From: Syntrophomonadaceae bacterium
Lineage (GTDB): Bacteria > Bacillota > Dethiobacteria > DTU022
Direction of reading: 5' to 3'
Assembly: GCA_003550645.1 (NCBI GenBank)
Contig: PUKV01000040.1
Coordinates: 1 to 52,405 of the forward strand
DNA length: 52,405 bases
Position numbers and translations under genes: made by a program. The notes under the pieces were generated by a model, which worked only from the letters and a program-made list of their open reading frames with translations, made no database searches and was not told the DNA's origin. Shown in pieces: positions 35,963 to 44,303 of this stretch; position 1 is the first letter of the stretch, and the number at the start of each line of letters is the position of its first letter.

Positions 35963-37558
35963 TTACTCCTCCGCCAACCAGGTTTTCAACAGGTTAGCCA
36001 CACTCTCCGGTTCTTCTTTAGCCATATCACGGATAAGTTTGGCTTTGCGTTCAGCTTCACTTTTTTCACCTTCATCCATTTCTTCCTGGACCCTTGTGTC
36101 AAGCTGATCTTCCAGGGATAAGGGATCCGTTTCATATTCCTCTTCTTCACGTCTCCGCCTTGCCCGGGCCCGCAAAATAAAGAATAATACCAGTAATAGA
36201 ACCAGGACTGCAGCAGCGGCAATAATGACCCATAACAGCGGAATTGGCGCTTCATCGGGAGGAATTACAGGCTCTGGTTCTATGATTGCTTCAGCATCAA
36301 AGGGGATCATCTGAACGCTGACTTCATCACCACGGGCCTCATTTATACCGATAGCGGAAGTTACAAGCTCCGTAACCTGCTCCGCCATAAATGGATCATT
36401 GCCATCAGCATCAATGATAACGGCAGTAGAGAGATTGGTAACCTGCCCGGGGGCTGTTTCTACATACTCCCTGGTTTCGCCGACTTCATAGTTTACAATT
36501 TCTTCCCTGTGTTCATGAATTGAATCTCCACCGCCGCCCAGGACTGCCGCCTGCCCGGGCACATTGGGTTCACCAACCTCCTCGGCCGGAGGGGCGATGT
36601 TTTCTGAATATTCCTCGATAAGATGGGTAGAACGCGGTACAGGTTCATTCTCATAAGTCACATTTGTTTGTTCGCGCAGGTCAAAATCCAGGTCGGCCGA
36701 AACCATGGCTACAGCCCGACCCGGTCCGTAAACCTGTTCCAGGATTGACCTGAGCCGGCGTTCAAGTTCAGTTTCAAACTGGCGCTGTAACAGGTATTGT
36801 TCCTCTACCGCATTGGATCTAGAATAATCTTCTATGGCGGCAAAGGCATCATAAAGGACATTGCCTTTGGCATCGACAATATTTACATTCTCCGGCTTCA
36901 AGCCTTCTACACTGCCGGCAACCAGGCTCAATATTCCCCTCACCTGGCTATCGTCCAGGGTAGTTAACGGGCTGAGCCGTAAAAAAACCGATGCTGAAGG
37001 CTCTTCTCTTTCCCTGATAAAAAGGCCTTCATCCGTAATAACCAGGTGAACTCGCGCCTGTTCAACGGCATCAATACTGCTTATCGTCCGTCTCAATTCT
37101 TCTTCAAGGGCAATCTGCCACTGCGCCCTGCGCTCAAAGTCGCTGGCTACAAGAGCGCCCTCCTCAAATAGATCAAAACCAATTCCCTGTGAATATAAAT
37201 CCGGAGATAACGTAATCCGAAGGCGATCGCGCTGATCGGGAGGTACCAGGATCGTTGTTCCGTCATCTGCCAGTTCATAAGGAACATTCCTTTCATCCAG
37301 GGCAGCGGTAATTTCCCTGGCCTGGGCCGGATCAAGGCGGTTAAATAATATTTCATTCTGAGGAGCATAGAAGGGGGTTACAATAAAATACAGCAAAAGG
37401 ATAAGGGCCAGCCCACCAATGGCTATAATCCCGTAGCGGGCAGGGGGGCGTAGATTGCTCCACATCCCCTTCAGGCTGCCACTGTCCTGTTCTTTCGTTG
37501 CCTCTAATTTACTTTCTTCATGGTGATAATCCTGATGCAGGGTGTCTTCGTCAGCCAT
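35963..37558 (-). CDS. fliF: Flagellar MS-ring protein FliF
   Basis: 531 aa. N-terminal TM helix, LFNRLDPAQAREITAALDERNVPYEL, a second TM helix near the C-terminus, and an acidic FliG-binding tail. Confidence 0.93.
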   Translation of the reverse strand: MADEDTLHQDYHHEESKLEATKEQDSGSLKGMWSNLRPPARYGIIAIGGLALILLLYFIVTPFYAPQNEILFNRLDPAQAREITAALDERNVPYELADDGTTILVPPDQRDRLRITLSPDLYSQGIGFDLFEEGALVASDFERRAQWQIALEEELRRTISSIDAVEQARVHLVITDEGLFIREREEPSASVFLRLSPLTTLDDSQVRGILSLVAGSVEGLKPENVNIVDAKGNVLYDAFAAIEDYSRSNAVEEQYLLQRQFETELERRLRSILEQVYGPGRAVAMVSADLDFDLREQTNVTYENEPVPRSTHLIEEYSENIAPPAEEVGEPNVPGQAAVLGGGGDSIHEHREEIVNYEVGETREYVETAPGQVTNLSTAVIIDADGNDPFMAEQVTELVTSAIGINEARGDEVSVQMIPFDAEAIIEPEPVIPPDEAPIPLLWVIIAAAAVLVLLLVLFFILRARARRRREEEEYETDPLSLEDQLDTRVQEEMDEGEKSEAERKAKLIRDMAKEEPESVANLLKTWLAEE

Positions 37559-37599
37559 ATTACACCTCTGTTATTATTCCCTTTTTTTGGTGGCTATAT

Positions 37600-37902
37600 T
37601 TAAATCTGCATTCTTGATATTTCCTGGTAAGCATCGAGCACTTTATTGACTACCTGCCCTGTAAGCTGCAAGCTTAACCTTGCTTCTTCTGTCTTAATCA
37701 AGACCTGGTGAATACTTTCGATATCTCCGGTCAACATTTCCTCAGTTGCCTGATCCGCCTCAAATTGCAGCCTGTTTACATCTCCCAACACATCCATGAG
37801 AGTATCGGCAAAACTTAAAGCTTCTTCTTCCTGCTTTTGCCCCTGCCTGACAAAATTTTGATCAATAAATGGAGCCTGGTTAAGATTAGTCTTTTCTAGC
37901 AC
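37600..37902 (-). CDS. fliE: Flagellar hook-basal body complex protein FliE
   Basis: 100 aa. FADTLMDVLGDVNRLQFEADQ...IHQVLIKTEEARLSLQL. Confidence 0.88.
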   Translation of the reverse strand: MLEKTNLNQAPFIDQNFVRQGQKQEEEALSFADTLMDVLGDVNRLQFEADQATEEMLTGDIESIHQVLIKTEEARLSLQLTGQVVNKVLDAYQEISRMQI

Positions 37903-37915
37903 CGGTTATCCCTCC

Positions 37916-38383
37916 TTAGCGCCCTATTTCCAGTGCTTTGACGTAAATGTTCTTGGCAGTCTGGATTGCAGTAGCATTAGCCTCATAAGAGCGCTGCGCG
38001 GTAATCATGTCGGTCATTTCTTTGGCCAACTCAACATTAGGGTAGAGGACATATCCGTCTTCCTGGGCATCCGGGTGTTCAGGATCGAAAACAAGCATGG
38101 GCTCCCGGTCATCGGCAATAATCCGATCAACCCGCACCCCCTTACTCTGCATGGAAGCGGCAACCTGCCGGCTGGGCACGAAGGGCTCAATAATTCTGCG
38201 CCTGCCCTGCTCCCTGGCCCGGTGCAGATCTTCAGCAAAAGCAACCGTCCTGCGCCTGTACGGACCACCTTCTACTGTCCTGGTCGTATTCATGTTGGCG
38301 ATATTGCCGGCGATCGCGTCCAGCCTGGTTTTTTCAGCAGTTAGCGCAGAACCAGAGATGCGAAACTCAGGAAAGATGCTCAC
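37916..38383 (-). CDS. flgC: Flagellar basal-body rod protein FlgC
   Basis: 155 aa. SGSALTAEKTRLDAIAGNIANMNTTR and MTDMITAQRSYEANATAIQ. Confidence 0.93.
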   Translation of the reverse strand: MSIFPEFRISGSALTAEKTRLDAIAGNIANMNTTRTVEGGPYRRRTVAFAEDLHRAREQGRRRIIEPFVPSRQVAASMQSKGVRVDRIIADDREPMLVFDPEHPDAQEDGYVLYPNVELAKEMTDMITAQRSYEANATAIQTAKNIYVKALEIGR

Positions 38384-38385
38384 AT

Positions 38386-38790
38386 TTAACGCCTCCCTTC
38401 GTTAATTACAAAACGCCAGTTATCAAAACGGGTATTAAGCTGCTGTGTATATGAATTATAGCGGAGCTGGTTGCTGACCATATTAAGCATTTCGCGCTCC
38501 AGATCCACGTTGCTGCCATCTATGCGCCGGATAGAAGAAGTATCTTTCTTTATCTCCGGCTGAACTTCCGGTGCCGGTGCCCGGGGAAAATGTTTTTCAT
38601 GTGTCCGGGTCAAGGGTGAATCAAGCTGCTTTTTAGCCTTAAGCAGCTGGCCTTCAAATGAAACATCACTGCGTTGAAAGCCGGGCGTATTCAGGTTAGC
38701 CAGGTTATTGGCCGTTACCTGTTGACGCAGTGTTGCTGCACCCAGACCTTCTATTAAACCTTTCATGGTCCCGTCGCGAAAAAGTGACAT
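38386..38790 (-). CDS. flgB: Flagellar basal-body rod protein FlgB
   Basis: 134 aa. QQVTANNLANLNTPGFQRSDVSF and DLEREMLNMVSNQLRYN. Confidence 0.9.
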   Translation of the reverse strand: MSLFRDGTMKGLIEGLGAATLRQQVTANNLANLNTPGFQRSDVSFEGQLLKAKKQLDSPLTRTHEKHFPRAPAPEVQPEIKKDTSSIRRIDGSNVDLEREMLNMVSNQLRYNSYTQQLNTRFDNWRFVINEGRR

Positions 38791-38813
38791 TTTCTCACCT
38801 CGTTCAGTGTAGA

Positions 38814-38849
38814 CAAAAATATAAGAGACCGCCGGGTTGACGGTCTCTT
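38814..38849 (-). terminator. Intrinsic terminator forming the expression platform of the flgB-leader riboswitch
   Basis: Minus strand AAGAGACCG-UCAACCCGG-CGGUCUCUU followed by AUAUUUUUG: a perfect 9-bp stem at 38823-38831 / 38841-38849. It lies 24 nt upstream of the flgB start. Confidence 0.75.
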
Positions 38850-38887
38850 AATAGTAATCAAGAGGGGTGACCTCTTTAAACTTTATA

Positions 38888-38969
38888 GAGACTGGCAACC
38901 TGGCTATCCGGTCAACCGGATCCATGGTTTTGCGTCCCCATATCACTATGGGTTTGCCTTTAGCAGTCC
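38888..38969 (-). ncRNA. c-di-GMP-I (GEMM-I) riboswitch aptamer
   Basis: The minus-strand RNA is GGACUGCUAAAGGCAAACCCAUAGUGAUAUGGGGACGCAAAACCAUGGAUCCGGUUGACCGGAUAGCCAGGUUGCCAGUCUC. P1 is GACUG/CAGUC. GGCAAACC precedes the hairpin CCAUA-GUGA(GNRA)-UAUGG. GACGCAAA follows. The second helix is AACC(A)UGG...CCAGGUU with inner stem AUCCGG-UUGA-CCGGAU. This matches the architecture and conserved nucleotides of the Vc2-type aptamer as I recall them. Confidence 0.85.
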
Positions 38970-39001
38970 TTACGGGCATTACATTTATGTTACGTAAACC
39001 A

Positions 39002-39031
39002 ATTATAGCAGGGCCTTAATTAAAAGGTCAA
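39002..39031 (-). promoter_or_regulatory. SigmaA-type promoter with extended -10, driving the riboswitch and flgB operon
   Basis: Minus strand TTGACC (39026-39031), 18-nt spacer, TGCTATAAT (39002-39010). It is preceded by an A/T-rich UP-like tract (AAAAAAAATTTAAATTAATTTAAATTT). Confidence 0.65.
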
Positions 39032-39393
39032 GGGATTTTTTAGATAATCTTCATATTTGTTAAAAAAATTTGCCTGGATTTTGATATTTCGCTATTTAAT
39101 TAACAATTCCTGCATAAATTTAAATTAATTTAAATTTTTTTTGAAACTACCTAACCTATTGCCCTTTTTTTATGATCAGCGAAACCACAAACCTATGGAG
39201 ATGGTTTGAACATCTTTAAGACATAGCTAACAGGCCAAAAGAGAGACGGTGGAATCGTCACCTGTGATTTATAATGTGATTATAGAGGGAACAGAATAAA
39301 TGAATCGTTCCGTAAGAGTAGTTGTAGCGGCTTAAGCGGCTTAGTAACTGAATTAATAAAGAACTATGGTCAAATTGCTTTACAAGTCCTGCC

Positions 39394-39819
39394 TTAGCAC
39401 TTTTTCTTTATATATATTTCTTCCCGGCCCTCGCTTGCCCCGAAGGGGTGATAAGCTTTTAAAGTCCTCCTTCCGGCAGACATTATAGTTATAGCCTCTC
39501 CTGTATTGTCTTTTTCTTTTACCAGCAACTTGCAATTATGAGTCCTGTGTTTGCAAGCCAATTCTAATAACTGCAGCAGTTGCCTTGATTGCTCCGCGGA
39601 AACCTCTTCCCGGGAAGGAAAACAACTTTTTAACTCCTCTAAAAGCTGCTCCTGTTCGTATCCAATCTTTTTTAGTTCGTCCAAGTCATTAGATTCAATT
39701 GCAGCTCGTTCTTCCCTGGAACCCTTGATCAAACAGTTCAATATGACCAGCACCTGGCAATAATTATCGGGCCTGTCCTGCAGGCGTTGTTCGTCAGACC
39801 TGTTCCTGTTTTGAACCAT
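39394..39819 (-). CDS. Hypothetical helical protein, FlgN-like (possible flagellar chaperone)
   Basis: 141-aa ORF directly after fliW. EERAAIESNDLDELKKIGYEQEQLLEELK resembles the FlgN-family N-terminal pattern. The functional call is weak. Confidence 0.35.
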   Translation of the reverse strand: MVQNRNRSDEQRLQDRPDNYCQVLVILNCLIKGSREERAAIESNDLDELKKIGYEQEQLLEELKSCFPSREEVSAEQSRQLLQLLELACKHRTHNCKLLVKEKDNTGEAITIMSAGRRTLKAYHPFGASEGREEIYIKKKC

Positions 39820-39842
39820 TCTTACAACTCCCGGTATATATT

Positions 39843-40274
39843 TTAATTCTCAGGACCTTGTAGTGTTTCAAGAGGCACTCTCATGTCTTCACAGCGGTGG
39901 GGCACAATTAATTGCTTGCCCCTTTTTTGAACTACGTTAACCAGGATGGGAGCAGCCAGGTTAGTATAAAGGCTTTTATCTTCCACCGTAACTGTTGTAA
40001 AAACAACCAGGTCCTGCTCTTTTTTTAACATCAAATCACGGCGATCGGCCCTCTGTAAATCAACATGATAACCCGGGAAAAAGGGCATCGGGTCAACCAG
40101 GATCATGCCTAAAGAAGGTTCTTCGGCAGCTATTAACATAGCAAACAACCTGTTTCCAGGGACAGGTTCAATCAAGAAACGGCGGTATAATTCCAACCCC
40201 GGGATACCCCTGGGAAAAATAAATTCAACTACTTTACGCTGGCTTGCTTCCACGGCAGTTTGTTGTGCTGACAT
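39843..40274 (-). CDS. fliW: Flagellar assembly factor FliW
   Basis: 143 aa. FIFPRGIPGLE...RFLI, DPMPFFPGY and NLAAPILVN motifs. Confidence 0.88.
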   Translation of the reverse strand: MSAQQTAVEASQRKVVEFIFPRGIPGLELYRRFLIEPVPGNRLFAMLIAAEEPSLGMILVDPMPFFPGYHVDLQRADRRDLMLKKEQDLVVFTTVTVEDKSLYTNLAAPILVNVVQKRGKQLIVPHRCEDMRVPLETLQGPEN

Positions 40275-40298
40275 GGCATGACCTCCTATTGTTCTTGG

Positions 40299-41933
40299 TT
40301 AGCGCATATAATCAACAAGGGTTGGCTGCAGCATCTTTTGAGCTGTAGCAAGGGCGGCCCGGTAGGCATTTTCCTGCATCGTAAATTCAGTTATTACATA
40401 GGCCAGGTCAATGTCTTCAATTTTGGATCGCACTTCCTGCAGGAACAGGTTTTCACTGAACAACGTGGTTTCCATCGCTTCAAGGCGGTTTGAGCGGGCT
40501 CCAACTTCAGCCAGCTGTTCAAGCAAGTGTTCGATAGATTGATCCATTTTTTCAAGGGCACTTCCACCGAGCGCTTCCCGGTCGTTATCGATCAGGGCAT
40601 TAAAAACATCAAAAACAGCTTCGAATGCTTCCTGGTCTTCACCAAAAGCCTTCATCCCGCTTAAATTCATAATCATTTGCTGATGAGGGCTGATCTCCTG
40701 GATCCGCTCTTTATCATCGCCATAATAAACGGGGAACCCTTTTCCGTCATAAGAAAATGTTAAAGCCGGATTGCCTTCCTCTAACCCTTCAAAATCTTCA
40801 TAAGACAACCTCAGCAGACCATCGTACACTTTCCCCTTATCAGGAGAACGGTCAAAGGTATTGAGGCTGTGAAATCTTAGCTCCTGCTGTTCTACATTAT
40901 CAAGCGTTTCTTCATTAAATATATACATCAGTTCCGACTGATCATCCCGGAACTGCCCTGCTATTTTTAAATGATCATAATCATCACCATCTTCCCTGGA
41001 AGGGGTGATGTTAAAAACGGTCTTATCCCCGGTTTTGATTCCCTCGGTCGAAACATCGAGTTCCTCCAGGCCCTCCAGGGTAAAATTAATATCGCCAATA
41101 GTTACCGGCTGGGAATCATCTCCTCCATAGGTGACAGTGAAATCTCCATCATGTTTTTCGTAATCTCCTTCAAGACTGTACTGGTGGGAAGAAAACCGGT
41201 ATTCCACTTCACCGGTTTCTTTGTTTACCCCTGTCACTTCCAACAACAGGGAAGCACTGTAATGATCCGATTCTATTACTCCCATTTCACCGGTTCCAAA
41301 TATACTGCCGGTATTACCCTGCAGGAATTGCTGGGTTACCGCCGCTTCAGCCATCTCACCGGCTCCGGCTGCCCTGGTCTGGGTCATTGCATAATCTCCG
41401 TTTTGCAGCCTGTCAGCTTCCACCCGGTGATCTTCATCTAATATGATGCCGCTGTCTTCCTGGACATTTACTTTATAGATATTTTCCCGAATAAATGGTT
41501 TGGACAAAGTCTGGTGACCTCCGAACATATGCAGGCCGTTGGATTCTTTATTCCCTATACCGATAAGATGATCAATAAATTCCAACACTTCAGGAGCAAT
41601 CGCCCTCCTGTCTTCCGCAGTAAGGCTTTCATTAGCCCCGTAAATACAAAGCTCCCTGATTCTCTGCAATACATCCAGCCCGTTCTGGAGACCATTTTCT
41701 GTATTCTCCAGCCACCCTTTAGATTGATTCATGTTGAGCCGAAACTGCTCATTACGGTCGATGGAAGAAGAATAACTCATAACCCTCCCTACTCCGACAG
41801 GATCCTGGGAAGGCCTGGTAAATTTTTTGCCTGTTGAAAGCTGGTTCCCATATAACTCAAGCCTTCGAAGGCTGTTTTGCAGGTTAGTATTAATTGTATC
41901 GGCTATCATGCGGTGATTTATTCTCATAACCAA
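40299..41933 (-). CDS. flgL: Flagellar hook-associated protein 3 FlgL (long form with a large central insertion)
   Basis: 544 aa. Flagellin-type N-terminus MRINHRMIADTINTNLQNSLRRLELYGNQLSTGKKFTRPSQDPVG and C-terminal DLAYVITEFTMQENAYRAALATAQKMLQPTLVDYM. Confidence 0.85.
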   Translation of the reverse strand: MVMRINHRMIADTINTNLQNSLRRLELYGNQLSTGKKFTRPSQDPVGVGRVMSYSSSIDRNEQFRLNMNQSKGWLENTENGLQNGLDVLQRIRELCIYGANESLTAEDRRAIAPEVLEFIDHLIGIGNKESNGLHMFGGHQTLSKPFIRENIYKVNVQEDSGIILDEDHRVEADRLQNGDYAMTQTRAAGAGEMAEAAVTQQFLQGNTGSIFGTGEMGVIESDHYSASLLLEVTGVNKETGEVEYRFSSHQYSLEGDYEKHDGDFTVTYGGDDSQPVTIGDINFTLEGLEELDVSTEGIKTGDKTVFNITPSREDGDDYDHLKIAGQFRDDQSELMYIFNEETLDNVEQQELRFHSLNTFDRSPDKGKVYDGLLRLSYEDFEGLEEGNPALTFSYDGKGFPVYYGDDKERIQEISPHQQMIMNLSGMKAFGEDQEAFEAVFDVFNALIDNDREALGGSALEKMDQSIEHLLEQLAEVGARSNRLEAMETTLFSENLFLQEVRSKIEDIDLAYVITEFTMQENAYRAALATAQKMLQPTLVDYMR

Positions 41934-41943
41934 GCCTCCTTAA

Positions 41944-43341
41944 TTAACGGCCTAGCTCCGTAAAAAGCACGGTCAGCATATCATCTACCGTGTTAAGATA
42001 GCGTGCTGCTGCATGCCAGGCATGCTGGAACTGGGTCATATTCAACATTTCTTCATCCAGGTTCACCCCGGAAACCGATCGATGCATTTCTATAATCTGA
42101 GCCTCGGTTCGTTTAAAGGTTTCTGCCATTCTTTCGCTTTCCTGGGCTTGCACTCCCATTGAAGTAACCATACCCCGGTAATACTCCATAATTGAGCTGC
42201 CATGGAGACGGTCAGCCTCACGATGGTCGCGCAGGCGGGCAATCTCTAAAGCTGTTTCTCCATTTCCCGGTTCACCGGGCTCAGATGAAGCAGAAATATT
42301 AGAACTGTCTTCCATTATGGCATCTGCTACCCGGAACTGCATTGAAGCTGGGGTATCACCTTCGAGGGGGGCGAAAAAATCTAAGGCAACATTATCAGTA
42401 TGGTCTAAGCCGTATCCCGCCCTGTGCAAGTCGTTCACTTCATTTACCAGGGTAGTGACAACATTATCAAGGCTGTTTTGGATATCCGGTATATCAATAT
42501 TAATGGCATCAAGAAGACCGTTAATACGCCCTGCATTGAAGTTAAGAGGCAATCCGCGGTGACTGGATACCTGCAGGTGCCCTTCTTCGCCGGCCTGGGC
42601 TTCAAGGTGAAAGGCCCTGTTTTCCTGGACCAGAAGCTGTCCACCTGAGAAGATATCTACTGCCCCGCTCCCCTTACGATGAACCTGGATATCTACCAGC
42701 TCGGCCAGCTCTTCTAGAGCCAGGTCAAGATGATCGTGCAATTCGTTTGATTTTTGCTGCAGAGCATCAACAAAACGCAGTTTGTCGTTGATCTCGCTTA
42801 TTTCATCAAGGATGCGGTTTACCTCGTCCACCCGCATCTCCAGCTCATCCTGCTTATCGATGCGGATGTCCTGCAACCTCAAGTAGACATCCTGGACTGA
42901 CTGGGTCAATGTTACTGCATGTTCACGAAGACCGGCGCGTATCGACGCTTCTTCGGGCGAAGAACTTAATTCCTGCCAGGAATCAAAAAACTCACTTAAA
43001 TACTTATTGATCCCATAATCATCAGGCTCCATAAAAATAGCTTCTGCTGTTTTATAGGTTTCCTGGCGCATATCCCAGTAGGCCTTGTGGGATGCTGTAT
43101 TAATCATCTGCGAATGATAGAACGCACTGTGCATTCTCTCTACGTTTGATACCCGAACTCCCTGACCGGGGGCCATCGAGGTACCGGCTACAATCGGGTG
43201 CTCAACCGATTCAAGGTTGGCCCGCTGACGGCTGTACCCGGGAGTGTTGGCATTGGCAACATTCTGACCACTTACCTCCATGCCTTTATGCTGAGCCCTT
43301 AAAGCCTTACGGCCAATTTCAAACGAACCAAATAGGGACAT
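41944..43341 (-). CDS. flgK: Flagellar hook-associated protein 1 FlgK
   Basis: SLFGSFEIGRKALRAQHKGMEVSGQNVANANTPGYSRQ and C-terminal EEMLNMTQFQHAWHAAARYL. The ORF extends to 43368, but the ATG at 43341 follows AAAGGAG with 8-nt spacing. Confidence 0.9.
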   Translation of the reverse strand: MSLFGSFEIGRKALRAQHKGMEVSGQNVANANTPGYSRQRANLESVEHPIVAGTSMAPGQGVRVSNVERMHSAFYHSQMINTASHKAYWDMRQETYKTAEAIFMEPDDYGINKYLSEFFDSWQELSSSPEEASIRAGLREHAVTLTQSVQDVYLRLQDIRIDKQDELEMRVDEVNRILDEISEINDKLRFVDALQQKSNELHDHLDLALEELAELVDIQVHRKGSGAVDIFSGGQLLVQENRAFHLEAQAGEEGHLQVSSHRGLPLNFNAGRINGLLDAINIDIPDIQNSLDNVVTTLVNEVNDLHRAGYGLDHTDNVALDFFAPLEGDTPASMQFRVADAIMEDSSNISASSEPGEPGNGETALEIARLRDHREADRLHGSSIMEYYRGMVTSMGVQAQESERMAETFKRTEAQIIEMHRSVSGVNLDEEMLNMTQFQHAWHAAARYLNTVDDMLTVLFTELGR

Positions 43342-43367
43342 TTCAATTCTCCTTTTACTATCCGTCA

Positions 43368-43853
43368 TCAGCAGTTGCGGTCAATTCGCTTGGAAGGCTT
43401 TTCCTCCCCTTTACTCAACCTGCCTTTTTGATCGTAATAAGTTGTTCTTGATTCCAGGACTCCCTGTTGAAGTTCCCTTGTAAACCTGATCCTTTCATTC
43501 AAAAGGACCTGGTTAACCTCATGGATAGCCCTGATTTCTTTTAATACTTCCTGCAGTTTCGCCAGTTTCTTAAGTAGTTCCGGCTGGCTGCTCTTAGCTA
43601 TCCTTGTTTTGATAAAATTTTGCACACCTGTCCCGCTTGGAATGAGGGCTTTTCTTCTTTTTTCCAGGCTGTTGATTTCTTCCTGGATTTCCAACCGTTC
43701 CTGCTCCGACTCAAGTATAGCCCGGTGGTTGTTCAGCACAAGCTGTTCACGCAGGGCTTCCTCCGACTCAAGCATTATTTTAAAAAGCCTGATTCCTTCT
43801 CTCAATATATCTTCGAGCAGCATTGCTCTTTTTTTGTAAGAAGGCCCACTCAT
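43368..43853 (-). CDS. flgN: FlgN-family flagellar chaperone
   Basis: 161-aa helical protein between flgM and flgK, with an FlgN-like pattern (LLEDILREGIRLFKIMLESEEALREQLVLNNHRAILESEQERLEI). Confidence 0.7.
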   Translation of the reverse strand: MSGPSYKKRAMLLEDILREGIRLFKIMLESEEALREQLVLNNHRAILESEQERLEIQEEINSLEKRRKALIPSGTGVQNFIKTRIAKSSQPELLKKLAKLQEVLKEIRAIHEVNQVLLNERIRFTRELQQGVLESRTTYYDQKGRLSKGEEKPSKRIDRNC

Positions 43854-43878
43854 GGCTTGCCTTCCTTTCTGACTGGTC

Positions 43879-44166
43879 CTAAATCTTACCCATAAACTTC
43901 AGCATCGCTTCAGCCAGTTTTTCACTGTCAACATGGTATTCGCCTTTTTCAATCTTATCGGCCAGGCTTTTTAACTTGGCGGCCCTTTCAGGGCGGGCTT
44001 CTTCATCAAGCCGCTCCGCTTCCTGTTTTAAACCTGTGATCAACTGGGAAAGCTCTTTACGGTCCTCAGGTTTAGATACCGTTTTTTGAGAACCACCTGA
44101 AGGTTTACCGGGCTCTTCGGTCAGAATACGGTTAATTAATTGTAGATAATTTGAACTTATTCTCAC
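43879..44166 (-). CDS. flgM: Anti-sigma-28 factor FlgM
   Basis: 95 aa with GTG start. C-terminal KLKSLADKIEKGEYHVDSEKLAEAMLKF is typical of FlgM. Confidence 0.85.
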   Translation of the reverse strand: MRISSNYLQLINRILTEEPGKPSGGSQKTVSKPEDRKELSQLITGLKQEAERLDEEARPERAAKLKSLADKIEKGEYHVDSEKLAEAMLKFMGKI

Positions 44167-44303
44167 CTTTGATCCCTTCTTTCTTGTAAGTAATAACTAT
44201 CGACTATAAACTGGTGAAAAGCTTTCATATTAAAGATTTCGCCTTTCACTATTTATAATCGTCAATTACATAAAAATGTTAAGGGGTAAAACTAAAAAGG
44301 GGA

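Noticed and set aside
36035-36060. ACGCAAAGCC-like string that could hint at a second GEMM riboswitch
   Set aside because: It lies inside fliF coding sequence (it encodes ERKAKLIR) and lacks the surrounding GGCAAACC and helix elements.
39181-39393. Possible small gene (csrA) or sRNA in the spacer after the FlgN-like orf, including the direct repeat TAAGCCGCT-TAAGCCGCT (about 39331-39350, minus strand)
   Set aside because: Neither strand holds an ORF with a CsrA-like sequence. Only weak 4-6-bp hairpins are present and there is no clear terminator. This is insufficient evidence for any feature.
44167-44303. Expected sigma-28 promoter upstream of flgM (GTCGATAG box)
   Set aside because: It is only a partial -10 match, and the nearest A-rich -35 candidate is 18 nt away. 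No convincing sigmaA promoter is present either. The promoter may lie elsewhere, or flgM may be read through from fapA.
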